Below are positions 50,475 through 63,364 of a DNA stretch of 64,000 nucleotides, one piece after another. Each line of letters opens with the position of its first letter. Positions within the stretch are counted from its first letter, which is position 1. The notes below the pieces were generated by a model. It saw nothing but the letters and a program-made list of their open reading frames with translations. It did not search any database and was not told where the DNA came from. Made by a program: the position numbers and the translations under genes. Origin of the DNA: Podarcis melisellensis (Eukaryota); assembly GCA_964234715.1 (NCBI GenBank), contig OZ174280.1; one strand, written 5' to 3'.

Positions 50475-53400
50475 CACCAAGGCCTTCAGAAGATGCTGCC
50501 CAGTAAGAACTTTTTATCCCAAAGGCCAATAAAATGCTTTGCTTTAGGCTAAAAGAAAAGCTCTCTTTTCAAGAAGTCTGATGAAGATTCCTACCTTCCT
50601 GACGGGTGCACAAAAATGCAGAATGGCTGTGTTTCTTTCCTGGCACCACCCTGCATCCTAAATGGCCCCATGCCTCTCTGCTGCCCCTTAGCAAAAGTCA
50701 AGAATGTGACTGCGCTGCTCCTTAGGGGGTGGAAATGTGAACCCGTCTGGCAAGGAGCTTGTCTGGTGAGGGTTAACATAGAACTCTTTCAACCTGTATT
50801 TGCTTACCTCTGCCTGTATTGTATATCCTCCTGCTTCCCTTGCTCCATCAGCCTTCTTATTTCCGCTTCCCTCAAGCACACAGTCACCAGGCTGGAATGC
50901 TTCCAAGGACAACAGCAGGTTGTCTCTCCATCCCCACCCTTCTGGAGAATGTACCTGCCTGGGCAAAGGTCAGTGTATGCTACGAGCCTATCAGATGCGG
51001 CACCTGGGCTAGGACAGGCGGAGGAAGGAGGTGGGACTTGCACCTGTTGCTTGACAGGTAGACGCAGGCAGGGAGGGAAGAAGATTTATTTTAATTTTAT
51101 CCTCGGGCCACAACCTGAAAATTGTCCCATCCGTCAAGTATAATAGCAGGAAAAGACGATACCAGCATCCTGGCAAGTCCAAGAGCTTAGGCAAAAGAAA
51201 CAAGACTTGATACAGCATCTTCTGTGAAGAATCAGCTTTAGGTGAGTGAAGCTGATGTCCCTTCCAGCAATTACCTGGTTGTCTCCACTACATACTGTCA
51301 TCTTCCCTTTCAGTCAAGGCTTGGCGTGGGATTGAAAGCTCTTCAAATTCCACGCATACACGCTGCTCGTCCCTTGTTAGCCTGCAACTATATTTAGGGG
51401 CATTCCTGAGGGACTGGTGTGCTGCCTTTTGCTCAGATACCTTCAGGATATGAGGATGTGTGGAAAGGAGACGGGGTCTTTCCTCAAAGCTTCTCTTCCT
51501 CTGATCACCAACACCACCATTATTTGAACTTCATTTAATAATGGCTTCCTAGGAAACATCTGTTGCAACTGTGAAACTGCTAGCAGATTTGCAGAGCTAA
51601 GCTGAGTCTGGTATGGTTTCATATTGGATGGGGGACTGTGTGTTGAGATTCCTGCATTGCAGAGGGTTGGACTAGATGATCCTCAGGGTCCCTTCAAACT
51701 CTACCATTCTAATATATCATGATCTCAAAGTGCCTGGAAGAATTCCGCTATGTCTGCCCTTGTTCAGTAGCCCCATAGACTTAGCTGTGATTCCTGCATA
51801 GCAGAGGGCTGGACTAGATGACTGTGGGGGTCCCTTCCAACTCAACAATTCTACGGTTCTAAAAGCAAGGAGGGATGAGAAGGAGTGCAAGAGGTCCTTT
51901 CCCATATGGGTTAATGCTGAATAGTTGAGAATCCAAGCTGGCTGTAATCCCTTCCTGGCCGCAGGCAATCCAGCAAAACACAGCAAGCAGTGTGTTAGAA
52001 GCCATCGTGTGCCAACAGCAGCACAGATCCCAGGCAAGTACCGCTTAGAGCACGCAGCTGCTCTTTTGCCGGCTTGGCATATAAGTGACGTGGATGGAAC
52101 CATGGACTTGGATGCCTCTGCCCATGAATCCACAGGGTACAATCGGTTGTTCCTCCAGGAGTTCAAACTTCACACACAGGTAGAATGGAAAGGCTTGTGT
52201 GATGCACAGAGAGGGTGGGGGAATTTATTCAACTCCTCCTGGCCTTCCTACAAATCACTGAGCTTTGATTTCTGCATCAATGCAGCCTCAGCTGGCAACG
52301 TGCCCTGAAGAAGCCTGTTCTCCTTATGGTTTTAACAGTGATCTCATGCTCTGTCAGGCTTGGCCTGACACGGTCAGGCTGTGTCTGGATCAGGCCCCTC
52401 CCCTCTCTGACCACCTGGTTCTGCCAAGGCTAGGCTCAAATAACCACTGATCTAGATGTTAAGCAATTGGCCAAAATAAAGGGGATCTGTTTCAAGAGGA
52501 GCAGGGATTTTTAGCTATCTCCTTAGTTCCCTGTAAAGTAGTAGTACTTTCACTGAACATCTTCCAGATCTCTTAACTGACGCAGCAACAAGAGCTTAAA
52601 CTGGCTTTTAAAGATAGCCTGGACCCATGCATGTTTAAAAGTTTACTCACGAGGCAACTCCTACTGACTTCTAAGTAAGTGTGCATATGATTGCAGCCTT
52701 AGATAGTGGTGGATTTTAACAGTAAGATGCTCGTATGATTAGACCTCACTTCACTTTGACCCATGAGCCACATTTCCTGCTTATGTTCAGTCCTGATACC
52801 TGACTGATCTCTCCAAAGTGCAGTTATCTTTAGTGCTGAGCTGAAATAGGGTAGTGGTGCATTTTGTGGAGATCTCTGGCCCCTCTGATACGATGCCTTG
52901 CTTTTTCATCCATTTTTTACATTCCTCGGCAAAAGGGGATGAATAAACTGTAAGAAGGTGGATGCCGGAGGAAGAGTGTACATGCCTCTGTTGCCAAAGC
53001 AACAGGGCAAACGTTCCCTCAGGCTGGGATGCACATACGAAGTGCCTCCCATTGAAAGGAATGCAATGCAGAGACAAGATATGCAGGTGTCATTTCTCTG
53101 GGCTGCATTGCTTCCAATGGGATGCGCATCTCAAGGTGAGGGAGTTTCTCCCCCTTACACCAGTGGCAGTACAGGGAAACCGTATTTGTGAAAAGGCCCT
53201 TTAAAAAAGGATAAAAGAGGATGAAGGTAAGGGATTTTATTTATTGTGAAAACTTTCAAGTGGCAGCTTTTACAGTGAAAAATTGTAATGAAAATGCATC
53301 ATAGCATTGTGTTGCTCTACTTTTAGCATATCCTCCTACCAGTGTTTGGCATTTTCCCACCGCAGACGTGTAATGGTAAGAGAGTGAGCTGGTGCTTTAT

Positions 53401-53492
53401 CGTGCAAGAAGCTTTAAACTCTGCCAGCTTAGACAGTGGGATGCAAAGCTCCCTCTCCACAAGGGCTGTCTTCAGTCATTCACATTGCTGTA

Positions 53493-53718
53493 CAGTGGTA
53501 GCTCAGGTTAAGTACTTAATTCGTTCCGGAGGTCCATTCTTAACCTGAAACTGTTCTTAACGTGAAGCACCACTTTAGCTAATGGGGCCTCCTGCTGCCA
53601 CCGCGCTGCCGGAGCCCAATTTCTGTTCTTATCCTGAAGCAAAGTTCTTAACCGGAAGCACTATTTCTGGGTTAGCGGAGTGTGTAACCTGAAGCGTATG
53701 TAACCCGAGGTATCACTG
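53493..53718. mobile_element. Tc1/mariner (Tigger-like) MITE, inverted relative to the 49904 copy
   Basis: TA flanks; TIRs CAGTGGTAGCTCAGGTTA / TAACCCGAGGTATCACTG. Confidence 0.88.
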
Positions 53719-54639
53719 TATACTCTATAGCAGGAGCGGGGAACCTCAGGCCCAGGTACCAAATGCAGCCTTGGGACTCTCCCTAAGCTACACCCCACAT
53801 AGGTCCTACCCCACACCTTCTGTGCTTTGGCTTGGCTGGACTATGCCCTAGGCCTGTCTTGATTGCTTGATTTTGTTTGTCTGGATGGGAGATGGAGAGA
53901 TGTGTGGAATAAGGCCTACTCATATGTGGAATGAGGCCTACTTATTTCTTTTTCTGTCCACTCTTTAATTTTTTTAAACAAATTCCATTTATAGACTGCT
54001 TTACTATCCAAAACACCTCAAAGAAGTTTACATACAGAATACGTACGGTTAAACCATATTGAATGATTCACATAACAAAATACATAAAAATATACATATC
54101 CTAAAAAGGTAATACGCCTCTGGCCCCACCTACTTTTGCTTCTGATCTTGCCCACCTCTGGCTTGTGGCCCTCAGGCTGTAAAGGGTTCCTTATCCTGCT
54201 CTGTAAGAGGAACTGGGAGCCTGTGGATCTCGCCATTTCCATCAGTCTCGTGGGATGTCACGAGTTGTAGCGCAACATCCTGAGAGCCACCGGCTCCCCA
54301 CTCCTGCTATAAAGTCACAAATGGTACTATACTATACAGTACGTAAAATACAGGTCAGTCCTAGGCAAAAGGTAGACAGCAAGAAGCTGAGTGGCTTTCA
54401 GAAGATTAAGGGGCAGCATGCAGATTTAGCAAGCACTGCATTTACTCATGAAAATGACTCTGTTTTTCGTTCTGTTCCTGCCATTTTCAATATCCTTCTA
54501 AACAAAGTTTGTAGCTGTAGAGGCTGCAAAGATATTCCAAGGTCGCCTTGGCAGGGATGCACTTGCTTGGGACAGTAGCATTTCTGTCTGTTACATATGG
54601 GAATACTTAACAGCCATTTCCTGGAGATTCCCTGGAGGG

Positions 54640-54860
54640 AGACGTCAGGAGCACTGGCGGACGAAGGTGGGGACATGAGGAGTGGTCCGGCCCAGGTGCC
54701 GTGCCGAGGGGGGTGACATCGCGGCCACCCAGCCCCCCTGGGACGCTCGGTGCTCACTGCGCACCCCCGGGACATGCGCTGCCTGCCACGCACCCCACGG
54801 GAGGCGCTCTATGCCCCCTGGGACACGTGCCAGCCACACCCCCAAATGTACACCGCAGGT
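54640..54860 (+). promoter_or_regulatory. CpG-rich segment, candidate TMEM125 promoter/non-coding first exon
   Basis: The clearest non-MITE CpG-rich block between CFAP57 and TMEM125; GACGTCA at 54641-54647; donor CAG|GTAGCT at 54858/54859. The TMEM125 coding exon has an acceptor at 59582, so an upstream exon is expected. Confidence 0.35.
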
Positions 54861-55422
54861 AGCTCCACCACTGGTCAGAAGAGCAAGGTGTTTACTTGTG
54901 GTTACATGTAGAGACAACTGACAAATGGTTTGCATCTGAGCAGTGGGGGGGGGGGGAGAGTTTACTACACAGAAGGTCCTAACACCCTATCCAGGTCTCC
55001 GTTCTTCCTAGACAAAGACTTGCGTCTCAAGGGTTAAGGCAGCCTTGACGCAAGGATCTATTGTTCAACAAGCCGGAGAGCCAGTTGGTGACAAGAGGCA
55101 GATGCTGATGAGGAACCATGTGAGGCTGGTGCTGTGAATGGGGCTTTATTACTGTGTGGGATCCCTGCCCTCTGCCGCTATCCTTGCTGCCAGCACCAGA
55201 GGCGAGCACAGCTCAGCTGAGGGATGTTGTGGCGATCTGATCCAGGAGCCCTAATGCAGCTAAGCTTTGACAGACAAGGCAGGTACTCTACAAGACAGGT
55301 GCACTATAGCACCAGGGGCAAGCTTGCTGAGGGGAGATCCCAGACTGCAGCACCAGTGAGTGGAATCTATTAGAATTCCTGGAGGGGGGGCTGCTTATGA
55401 GGGCCCATTGACCCATCACCAT

Positions 55423-55592
55423 TAGGGCTGCCATAGGTCCAGATTTTCCCAGACATTACTGGGATTTCAAAGGCAGATTTGACATCTGGGGGGAATTTCC
55501 AAAAGGCGGCGCTTTGTCCTGGATCTTAGGCAGGTCGATTTGGGGGTCTTCATCGTGTCCTGGTTTTTACTTTTTGAAATATGGCAACCCTA
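55423..55592. mobile_element. hAT (Blackjack-like) MITE
   Basis: TIRs TAGGGCTGCCATA / TATGGCAACCCTA; degenerate 8-bp TSD ATCACCAT / ATCCTCAT. Confidence 0.7.
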
Positions 55593-56762
55593 ATCCTCAT
55601 TGGAAGTGGGATGTCATTGCGAAGGCCCCCATGTGGAAGATCACTTCAAAGAAGGATCTTTTATCAGCCCTGTGGAAGATGGAGCCTCATTTTAAGTATC
55701 CACTGGGAAGAAGCTTTATTGCAGGGGTAGCTTTAATGAGGTCCATCAATTTAGCCCTTGTGGTCAGATGTTGAAAAAGTGTAGCAACTGGGGCTGCTAA
55801 TACTTTTCTGAAGATTGCTAGCTTCTACTATTTATTCGTTATGCTAAATACCCTGAGCATCTAAGGAACCAGCTATTTTTGCACATATTGCATGTATTTT
55901 CCAAGAAGATATGCCTTTTTAAAAAAATGTGCCTTTATTTCACAGAATGATCACCAACTCTAGTATTATACAAAATACCACCTTTCCCTCTTTTGTTTTC
56001 CAATACATTCTTGATTTTTATAGATAAGAAGTTCTAACCTAACTACTTACAACTTTCCAGCTGCCTACTCTGCAGACTGTAGTCCTACATTCATAAGCTG
56101 TCATGTGAAAGGTATTGCATATTTCTGCTTACTTTGGTTGCATTTTCTGCACATAAACCTTCCACTAAGATTCATGAGGCAGGCAGAATTTGTACAGGAG
56201 CAATGCTGGTATTTGGGGACTACTTTGATTTGTCTTGCTTAATAATCTCTAGCAACTGATTTGCTTTTCTACGTGTTAAGCGTGCATAAGCAATATTTAT
56301 CTTACTTGAATGGTAGCAGGGTAGGATACATGACGAAGGTATTCTTCCCCATGCCATTCCCACAACTTTGCTCCTAAGCAACCTTGTGGTTGCAGTCTTG
56401 TAACTACTTACCTGGGAGTAAGCGCAGATGAACTAAATATGCATAGAATTTTACTGCACATTTTAGCTGCTACTGACCTCTTTACTCTCTTCTTGTAATC
56501 ATTTGCAGTTGTGTAGGCACACTGCAAAAATCTAACTTCTCATTGTGGGTTTGCCCCTTGGTTTTATTTTTGCTGACTCTTTTGAAGCTTTTGACCTTGC
56601 GCTGTTGTTTTATCTGCTTTTTTATGTTGTGATTTTGCCTGCAGTTTTAAATTACTTGCTTCCCGTGGATATTGTGAACAGCTCTGAAAAGCCACAACGG
56701 CTGGAGATTGTTTTGAAAATCAGTTTATTAACAATCATCTTAAACCATTTGCATCATCTATA

Positions 56763-57021
56763 CCGTATTTTTCACTCCATAAGATGCATCAGACCATAAG
56801 ACGCACCTAGTTTTTGGAGGAGGAAAACAAGAAAAAAAATATTCTGAATCCCAGAAGCCAGAACAGCAAGAGGGATCGCTACGCAGTGAAAGCAGCAATC
56901 CCTCTTGCTGTTCTGGCTTCTGGGATAGCTGCGCAGCCTGCATTCGCTCCATAAGACGCACACACATTTCCCCTTACTTTTTAGGAGGGAAAAAGTGAGT
57001 CTTATAGAGCAAAATATACGG
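56763..57021. mobile_element. Tc1/mariner-type MITE (CCGTATTTTTC TIR family)
   Basis: TA TSD; TIRs CCGTATTTTTCACTCCATAAGA / TCTTATAGAGCAAAATATACGG. Confidence 0.85.
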
Positions 57022-57367
57022 TAAATGTTGCTACTTTGCCTCACATTCTCTCCAGAGTGCTAATGAACTAAAAACTCGCAGACAAAGTAGGGTATGATGA
57101 TTTAAAAATCGTATGTGAAACCCAGCTCTCTCTTTGCCTCTTCAAGCCCAAATCTCCTTAGCCATCAGTGCTACTCCTCCTGCATATAGGCTTTACTTTC
57201 TTGAATCCCTGGTGGTCATGACTTCTTTGGATTACATTAGGCGTGCTATTGTACTAACGAACCTTCCTGCACTGCTGTGAAAAGCTATAAGGATGTTACT
57301 GTTTGGAAAGCGAACACCTCTAAATCCTTTAATCTATTTCTAGACTGCAAAGTGAATCAACAATATA

Positions 57368-57803
57368 CAGTAGTATCTCGGGTTAAGATCTTACCAATTT
57401 GTTCTGGAGGTCCGTTCTTAACCTGAAACTGTTCTTAACCTGAAGCACCACTTTAGCTAATGCGGCCTCCCGCTGCCACTGCGCCGCCAGAGCATGATTT
57501 CTGTTCTCATCCTGAAGCAAAGTTCTTAACCCGAGGTACTATTTCTGGGTTAGCGGAGTCTGTAACCTGAAGCATCTGTAACCTGAGGTACCACAGTGGT
57601 GCTTCAGGTTACAGACTCCGCTAACCCACAAATAGTACCTCTGGTTAAGAACTTTGCTTCAGGATGAGAACAGAAATTGCGTGGTGGCAGCGTGGCAGCA
57701 GCGGGAGGCCCCATTAGCTAAAGTGGTGCTTCAGGTTAAGAACAGTTTCAGGTTAAGAACGGACCTCCAGAACGAATTAAGTTCTTAACCCAAGGTACCA
57801 CTG
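57368..57803. mobile_element. Two Tigger-like MITE copies fused in inverted orientation (~436-bp palindrome)
   Basis: Left and right arms of about 205 bp are reverse complements around a ~25-nt spacer near 57575-57599; outer TA flanks. Confidence 0.88.
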
Positions 57804-59883
57804 TACAACTTTTTAAAGATTTCAATACAATCTTGTGCTGCTCTGCTATAATAGACCCGATAAGAAAGACCCCCCCCTGTAAGAGAACTTTTTCTGCCCC
57901 TTGAAGATCAAATGTGTTGAGGTTGTGTGTATGTGTGCAAGCATATGTATGCAGACTTGCATGGGTTGGGTTTTTTTGCCAAGTCTTTGACGTGGGTGAA
58001 AGAAAGACTAGTTTCTCCCCTGTTTCCAGCTACCTCCTGCCTTTGGAAACCTGCTGGAGAGGGACTCTGAGCAACATCTTGGGAGAGGTGAATGGAGGAG
58101 CAAGGCAAAACTGTCAAGATCCCTTGTTATTTTTGGTATTGCTAGGAGGTATAATGTTGCTAATGTAATCTTGCTATATTATAGTACTGAAATGTGTTTT
58201 GTATGTTCTTAGATTTGTAGTTATGCTGTTGTTTATTATGCTATTATGGAATTATTCTTACGACGGTTGCTTTACAGATGTGGTTCATTTTTATTTCTTG
58301 TAAAATGGTTCTTTTGTGGAAAGGCAGCATACAAATAAGATGATTATTATTGTGATTTTAGCATTTCTGGATTTAATGCAAGGCCATCTTTGGCCCCGAT
58401 CCAGAGAGTTGTTCATAACCAGGTGTTGCATGCAACTATCAAAATGACGTCATAACCAAATGCACTGGACCAAGAAAGCAGATATGTATCCATGTTCAGT
58501 AGCATCCAGTGCTGATCTATACACATGTAAAGTGGATTTCTCCATTTGCTATTTCTCTCCACAGACAATAGGACCCTGTGCAGGTTTTTGTACATGCGAA
58601 ACAGCAAGAACAGCCCTAAAACAGATTAAGTGTAGCTACACATGAGAGAGCTGCATATTTGTCTAGACTATCCTTGTTCAAATATGGAGGGGCCTGGAAG
58701 CAGTCTTCTGACAGTTATTTAACATTGACTGGAAAGTTCTGGACAGTCTTGGATAAGGTGTTTTGTTTTTTCATTGTTTCTGTGACAGTAATATGACTGG
58801 AGGATGTCTCCAATGATAAAAGCATATGATATGTATATTTTAAATATGAAAAAATAAACTAAAGGAAGAAATCACAAAACTTGGATTTCTGCTTTGGCTA
58901 CTCACCCTTCACCATTATCTAATGAAAGAACGGCCCAATTCTATTTATTTTTCTATCTCTCTTTTTCGTGTCATAAGCAAAGCTGGGTGCCATTCCCAAT
59001 TGCCTCACTCCAGCACAGATGTTAACACAGAGAATAGAACTCAGAATCCTGAGGAATAACAGCATTCATCGTTTTCAAAATGATTCTAAGCACTGTGGAG
59101 ATAACATTGTCCTCAAGATGGGTGTGCAGCACATGGTAAAATCAGTAAAGGCTGAGGCAGAGATGAGAACTGCATTTCCTGTATAGTGTTGGAGCTTCTC
59201 TATGACAGAATGATTTGGATTCTGCAAAACGAGAAAAATCTGTCCAAATGGTTGGTTTGTTTTCATATGGATAGTTCAAGGGCAAATTACAATTTACTTA
59301 TGAAAGCAGAATTCTGCTTTTCTTGGCATGCGGATCTAGGGTTGGCAACGTGCAGAATTTTGATTTATTTTCCTAAGGCATGGACAGGGCTATTGCCCTG
59401 CCCACAAAAAGCAGGTTTTACTTGCATGGACATTAGCTGACCCCAGAGGGAGTGGCGTTTTCCTTATGACTCTTTTTTCTTTGGAACTCCGGGAGTGGAG
59501 TTTCAAGGGAAAGGAGGTGGGTCCCTTCCCTCTCTAGAGGCAATCTTCAATCCGTAACCTTTTGCCGTCATTTCTTTTTCAGATATGTGCCAGGATCCCC
59601 GTGAGCTTGGAAGCAAATGAGCTACAAGGCTGAAGCAGCTTTTCACTTTTGGCTTCAAGAGAGAGGAGTCCTACATTCCTCCTGTGCTGCACTTCTGACA
59701 GCATACAGTAATACGCTGGCTGCAGGCTTTTGGCTCTGGCACTGCTCCCTCACATAGGAAGAAAAAGTGAAGGGTGCTGCCCTCTCCTGCTGGGAAATGT
59801 CACACCCATCCAGGCTTGCCAGCTGAAGCGGCAGCTCCATCTGCACGACCCACCTTTATGTAGGAGCCAATACAGTGTCCAGC

Positions 59884-60555
59884 ATGCCTGAATTAGAGCC
59901 GCTGGGTGTGCCCAGACCCCCAGCCAACGCCAGCCGGATCCAGAGGAATATCCTGGAGGAACATGTGGAGCTATGGTGGTTCCAGGAGCCCAGAAAATCA
60001 TTTGTCTGCTATGGGGTAGCAGTGGCTCTGATCCTTGCCTGTGGGGTAGGTGGCATTGCACTGCTCTATAGTACAAGCAGCCGCTCTGGGGAATGGAGGC
60101 TGGCAGTGGGCACAACACTCTGCCTACTGGCGCTCTTGGTCTTACTGAAGCAGCTGCTGAGCTCGGCCATCCAGGACATGAATTGCATTCGCAGCCGAGA
60201 GCAAGTTGCGCTACTGAAGAGCGGCGGTGCCTCGGACTGTGCGGTGTTGCTCGTGACATCCCTGGTGCTGCTGGTGTGTGGCACAGTCCTCACTGTGCTT
60301 TCCACCACCAGCGTTGGCAGCAACCCAACTGCCCAACGCCCCCTTGCCAGCATGTTTGTCAGTGGCATTGTGCTCACAGCCTCTGGAGCGATCATCCTGC
60401 TCAGCCTGCTGCTCTATTTGATGTGGACTTCTTGTTGCTCAGCTGTGCCTCCGAACCGGGACGCTGGGGACAACAGCACCCTCTTCACCATCTCGGGACG
60501 CATCTCAGCCGACCGGCGGCTCGCTCCTACCTCTAGCACAGCAAATCTCATTTAA
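59884..60555 (+). CDS. TMEM125: Transmembrane protein 125, 223 aa, single coding exon
   Basis: ATG in AGCATGC. Motifs [61 protein letters not shown]; four hydrophobic segments; follows CFAP57 as in human. Exon acceptor at 59582; AATAAA at 62396-62401. Confidence 0.94.
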   Translation: MPELEPLGVPRPPANASRIQRNILEEHVELWWFQEPRKSFVCYGVAVALILACGVGGIALLYSTSSRSGEWRLAVGTTLCLLALLVLLKQLLSSAIQDMNCIRSREQVALLKSGGASDCAVLLVTSLVLLVCGTVLTVLSTTSVGSNPTAQRPLASMFVSGIVLTASGAIILLSLLLYLMWTSCCSAVPPNRDAGDNSTLFTISGRISADRRLAPTSSTANLI

Positions 60556-63224
60556 CCCTCAAGTAAACGCCTAGTGGCTGCCGCCGCCTTTGACCACAGG
60601 GTTGAACTCTCAATATTGGACTGGCATTTGCACTTTACGACAACCAGCCTGGCCCAGATGTGTCTTCCTGTGCTGCACTCAGCAATGTGCCGGAATTTCT
60701 GCTGCAGAGCTGTGCTGCCAAGATAGCGGCCTGGGCTTGTTGGCCAGAGACCACAACACATAAAGATGTTTTCGCTACTGAGTGCTGGGAGATAAAGGTG
60801 TGGAAATAGTCGACGTTCCGAAGAAGGGCTTTTCTAGCACAACAGTGAAAATGGTACTAGAGGCTGTTCAATTTGGATAGAGTGTTTCTCACACACACAA
60901 ATGTTCGTTTCACTAATTAGTTTCCCCAACATTTCTGAAGTGGCACCAGGCATTACCCCAACCTTTTTCTTTTTTAAAAAATAATTTATATTGATTTTCC
61001 CAACCTCTTAATGTTTATCTTTGCAGCCCCAAGGTCTACTTACTTTTACAAAAATGAATGATGCAATTATATGGAAATGGAATTTGGTGCCCAAACCTTG
61101 TTTTTGTGTGATGTGATTGTCATTATCATGGAATGCATACAGTTCTATTTTGAATGGATAGTTACATGGAGGCTGAGGGATAACTAAGCTGCATGGAGCA
61201 TATATCCTAACAGTTTTATTGTCCTTGCCAGAACAGTGAAGACAGTGGCAGGCACGCACACACACACCCTTACTACCCAGCACTGGCCCCTGATAGCATG
61301 ATACATGGATGGGAGTGACATTTCCTTGCTTGAATGCTCCTGCGTACTCAGGATTAGAAACAAGACCATGGAAATTGATACCAAGAATGTGTGCGTGTAT
61401 ACAAGATGAGCATCAATGTATGAGTGGCGAATACAGCTGGCATTGGGGGACTTAGTTCATAGAGTATGAGGAATTAATAACTACTTTGCTTACTCAGGAG
61501 ACCTCTCTGTAAGGGAAATCATCAAAGCTAACAGCCAAGTAGGCTTGCTCTGTCTGTCAGTTTCTATCTACAGCACCTTCCCAAAAGGTCTTGAAGTAGA
61601 CTCACATGTGGATACAAAAAATCAGTGGGTACAATTTATTTTGTGACCACAATTGTGCCCAACTGAGTTTCCCCACACTACTGTAACCATCTCTCTTTAG
61701 CTTGAATCAATTCTTAAGTTGAGGTGAGCCCCAAGCCCTGATTTATAAAGGAGCCCAGAATCCACAGCCTCTGCCCTGAATGAGTTGATGCTCAACAGGC
61801 AGAGCAAGGGCAGTATTTGCAACAGCTGATATAATTTTTTTAAAGGGCCAGGATCACTGAAAGGCTTACAATAGAAGCAGAAGCATGGCAATGTCTCCCA
61901 TGATATACTACAGCAAGGCAGAAGGCTACACCTTCACAATTTGCCCTTATACCAAACACAAACCACACAACTGTATGCCATCAGTATGCAAATTGGTGAA
62001 TCTAGGTATTCTGTACAAAGCAACTCCAGATTGTGCACTCAACAGTAAATTATACAAATTAGGAACAAGTTAATGTTTCCTTTTCCAATCCAAATACAAA
62101 ATCTCAAGTTCCTTTTACAGGAGATGTAAGGAAATGAGATATGTGAAATGTTATGGTGGTAGTGGGGTCACCTACAGAGGAAATGAGTTGCAAGAGATTT
62201 AACTCATACAAGTCTCAAGCAGTCCTTTATTATTCTACTGCAGTACGATGCAGCAGGATAAATTTGTCTCATCTATTAATGCCTCTGTCAGCTCCCTGGA
62301 TACAGTGCTGTATCTAGGGAATAATGATGCTTGGGTCAGTCTCCCTCCCCCTTTTAAATCTCATTTGATCATGTGTGCACTGAAAACCAATGTGAAATAA
62401 AGTATAGAAATTGTAGTGGGTTTGTTGCTAGGAGTGTGGGCTACATGCAGTTATTCACCAAACTGGTTCAAGGCCCAAACTTAAAAGTGCACCTATTATT
62501 CAGGTCCAGGTGCTGTCATAGCAGATTTCTTTAGGATACCTTAGTGAATAATATGTTGGCATCCCAAGCAGGCCATGTTCCCATGACCCCTGCCCTACCA
62601 GCCCCCACACTATAAGTGCCATCCAAGTTGTGTTCACATGTCCTCAAAGAAACCATCTGTGATTAAACCTTAAGGTAAAAGCCCACAAATCCAAGGCTTC
62701 AAAGTCATATTCCCTTTCTTTATATCGCACAAAGGTGAAAGCCAAGGACACAACACATTTTCATGCTCCAAGGATTAGGCATGGCTTTGATATAAGGCTG
62801 TGGACCTACTGCAAAAACTCAGTAAACTATATGTATATCCTTCAAGATTTTTCCAACATGGCAAAAACCTCTATGCCTACTTAGAAGTAATCTCACTGGG
62901 ACTTACTTCTGAGTAAATATGCAAAAAGAGGCACATAGTGTCTCTCTTTGTGAAAAGTTAGTAGGCAACTTGAGACTTGCACTTTTCTACTGTCTACAAA
63001 CCAGCTCCAAGTCACATGGCTTGAGAATGTACAACAAAATGGTTATTTATTCAATTTTATTAATATCAAAAGCATATACTGCAGAAATGTTAACAGCTCC
63101 TTAAGAATAAAGTAATGCACAATGGGGTACCCTTGACCCTGGCTACTCATGAGGCATGATGGCATTCAGCAGAGAGGTACCTGCACTCCTCTTCATACCT
63201 TCAACAGTTACCAATTTCTTAGAA

Positions 63225-63364
63225 CACGGATGGGGAACTTGTGGCTCTCCAGATGCTGCTGGATGGATACTCCAAATATCCCTGACCATTGGCCATGCTA
63301 ACTGGGACTGATGGGAGTTGGGAGTCCAAACAATCTCTGCAGGACCACAGGTTCCCCAACCTTG
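63225..63364. mobile_element. Palindromic short hAT-derived MITE, degraded
   Basis: GATGGGGAACTTGTGGCTCTCCAGATG ... GGACCACAGGTTCCCCAACCTTG; same family as 50339-50474. Confidence 0.6.

Noticed and set aside
53340-53415. Minus-strand peptide FLHDKAPAHS resembling the mariner HDNAPAH motif
   Set aside because: Very short match bounded by a stop, with no other transposase motifs nearby.
59750-60536. Long alternative-frame and antisense ORFs over TMEM125
   Set aside because: Shadow ORFs of a GC-rich coding exon.
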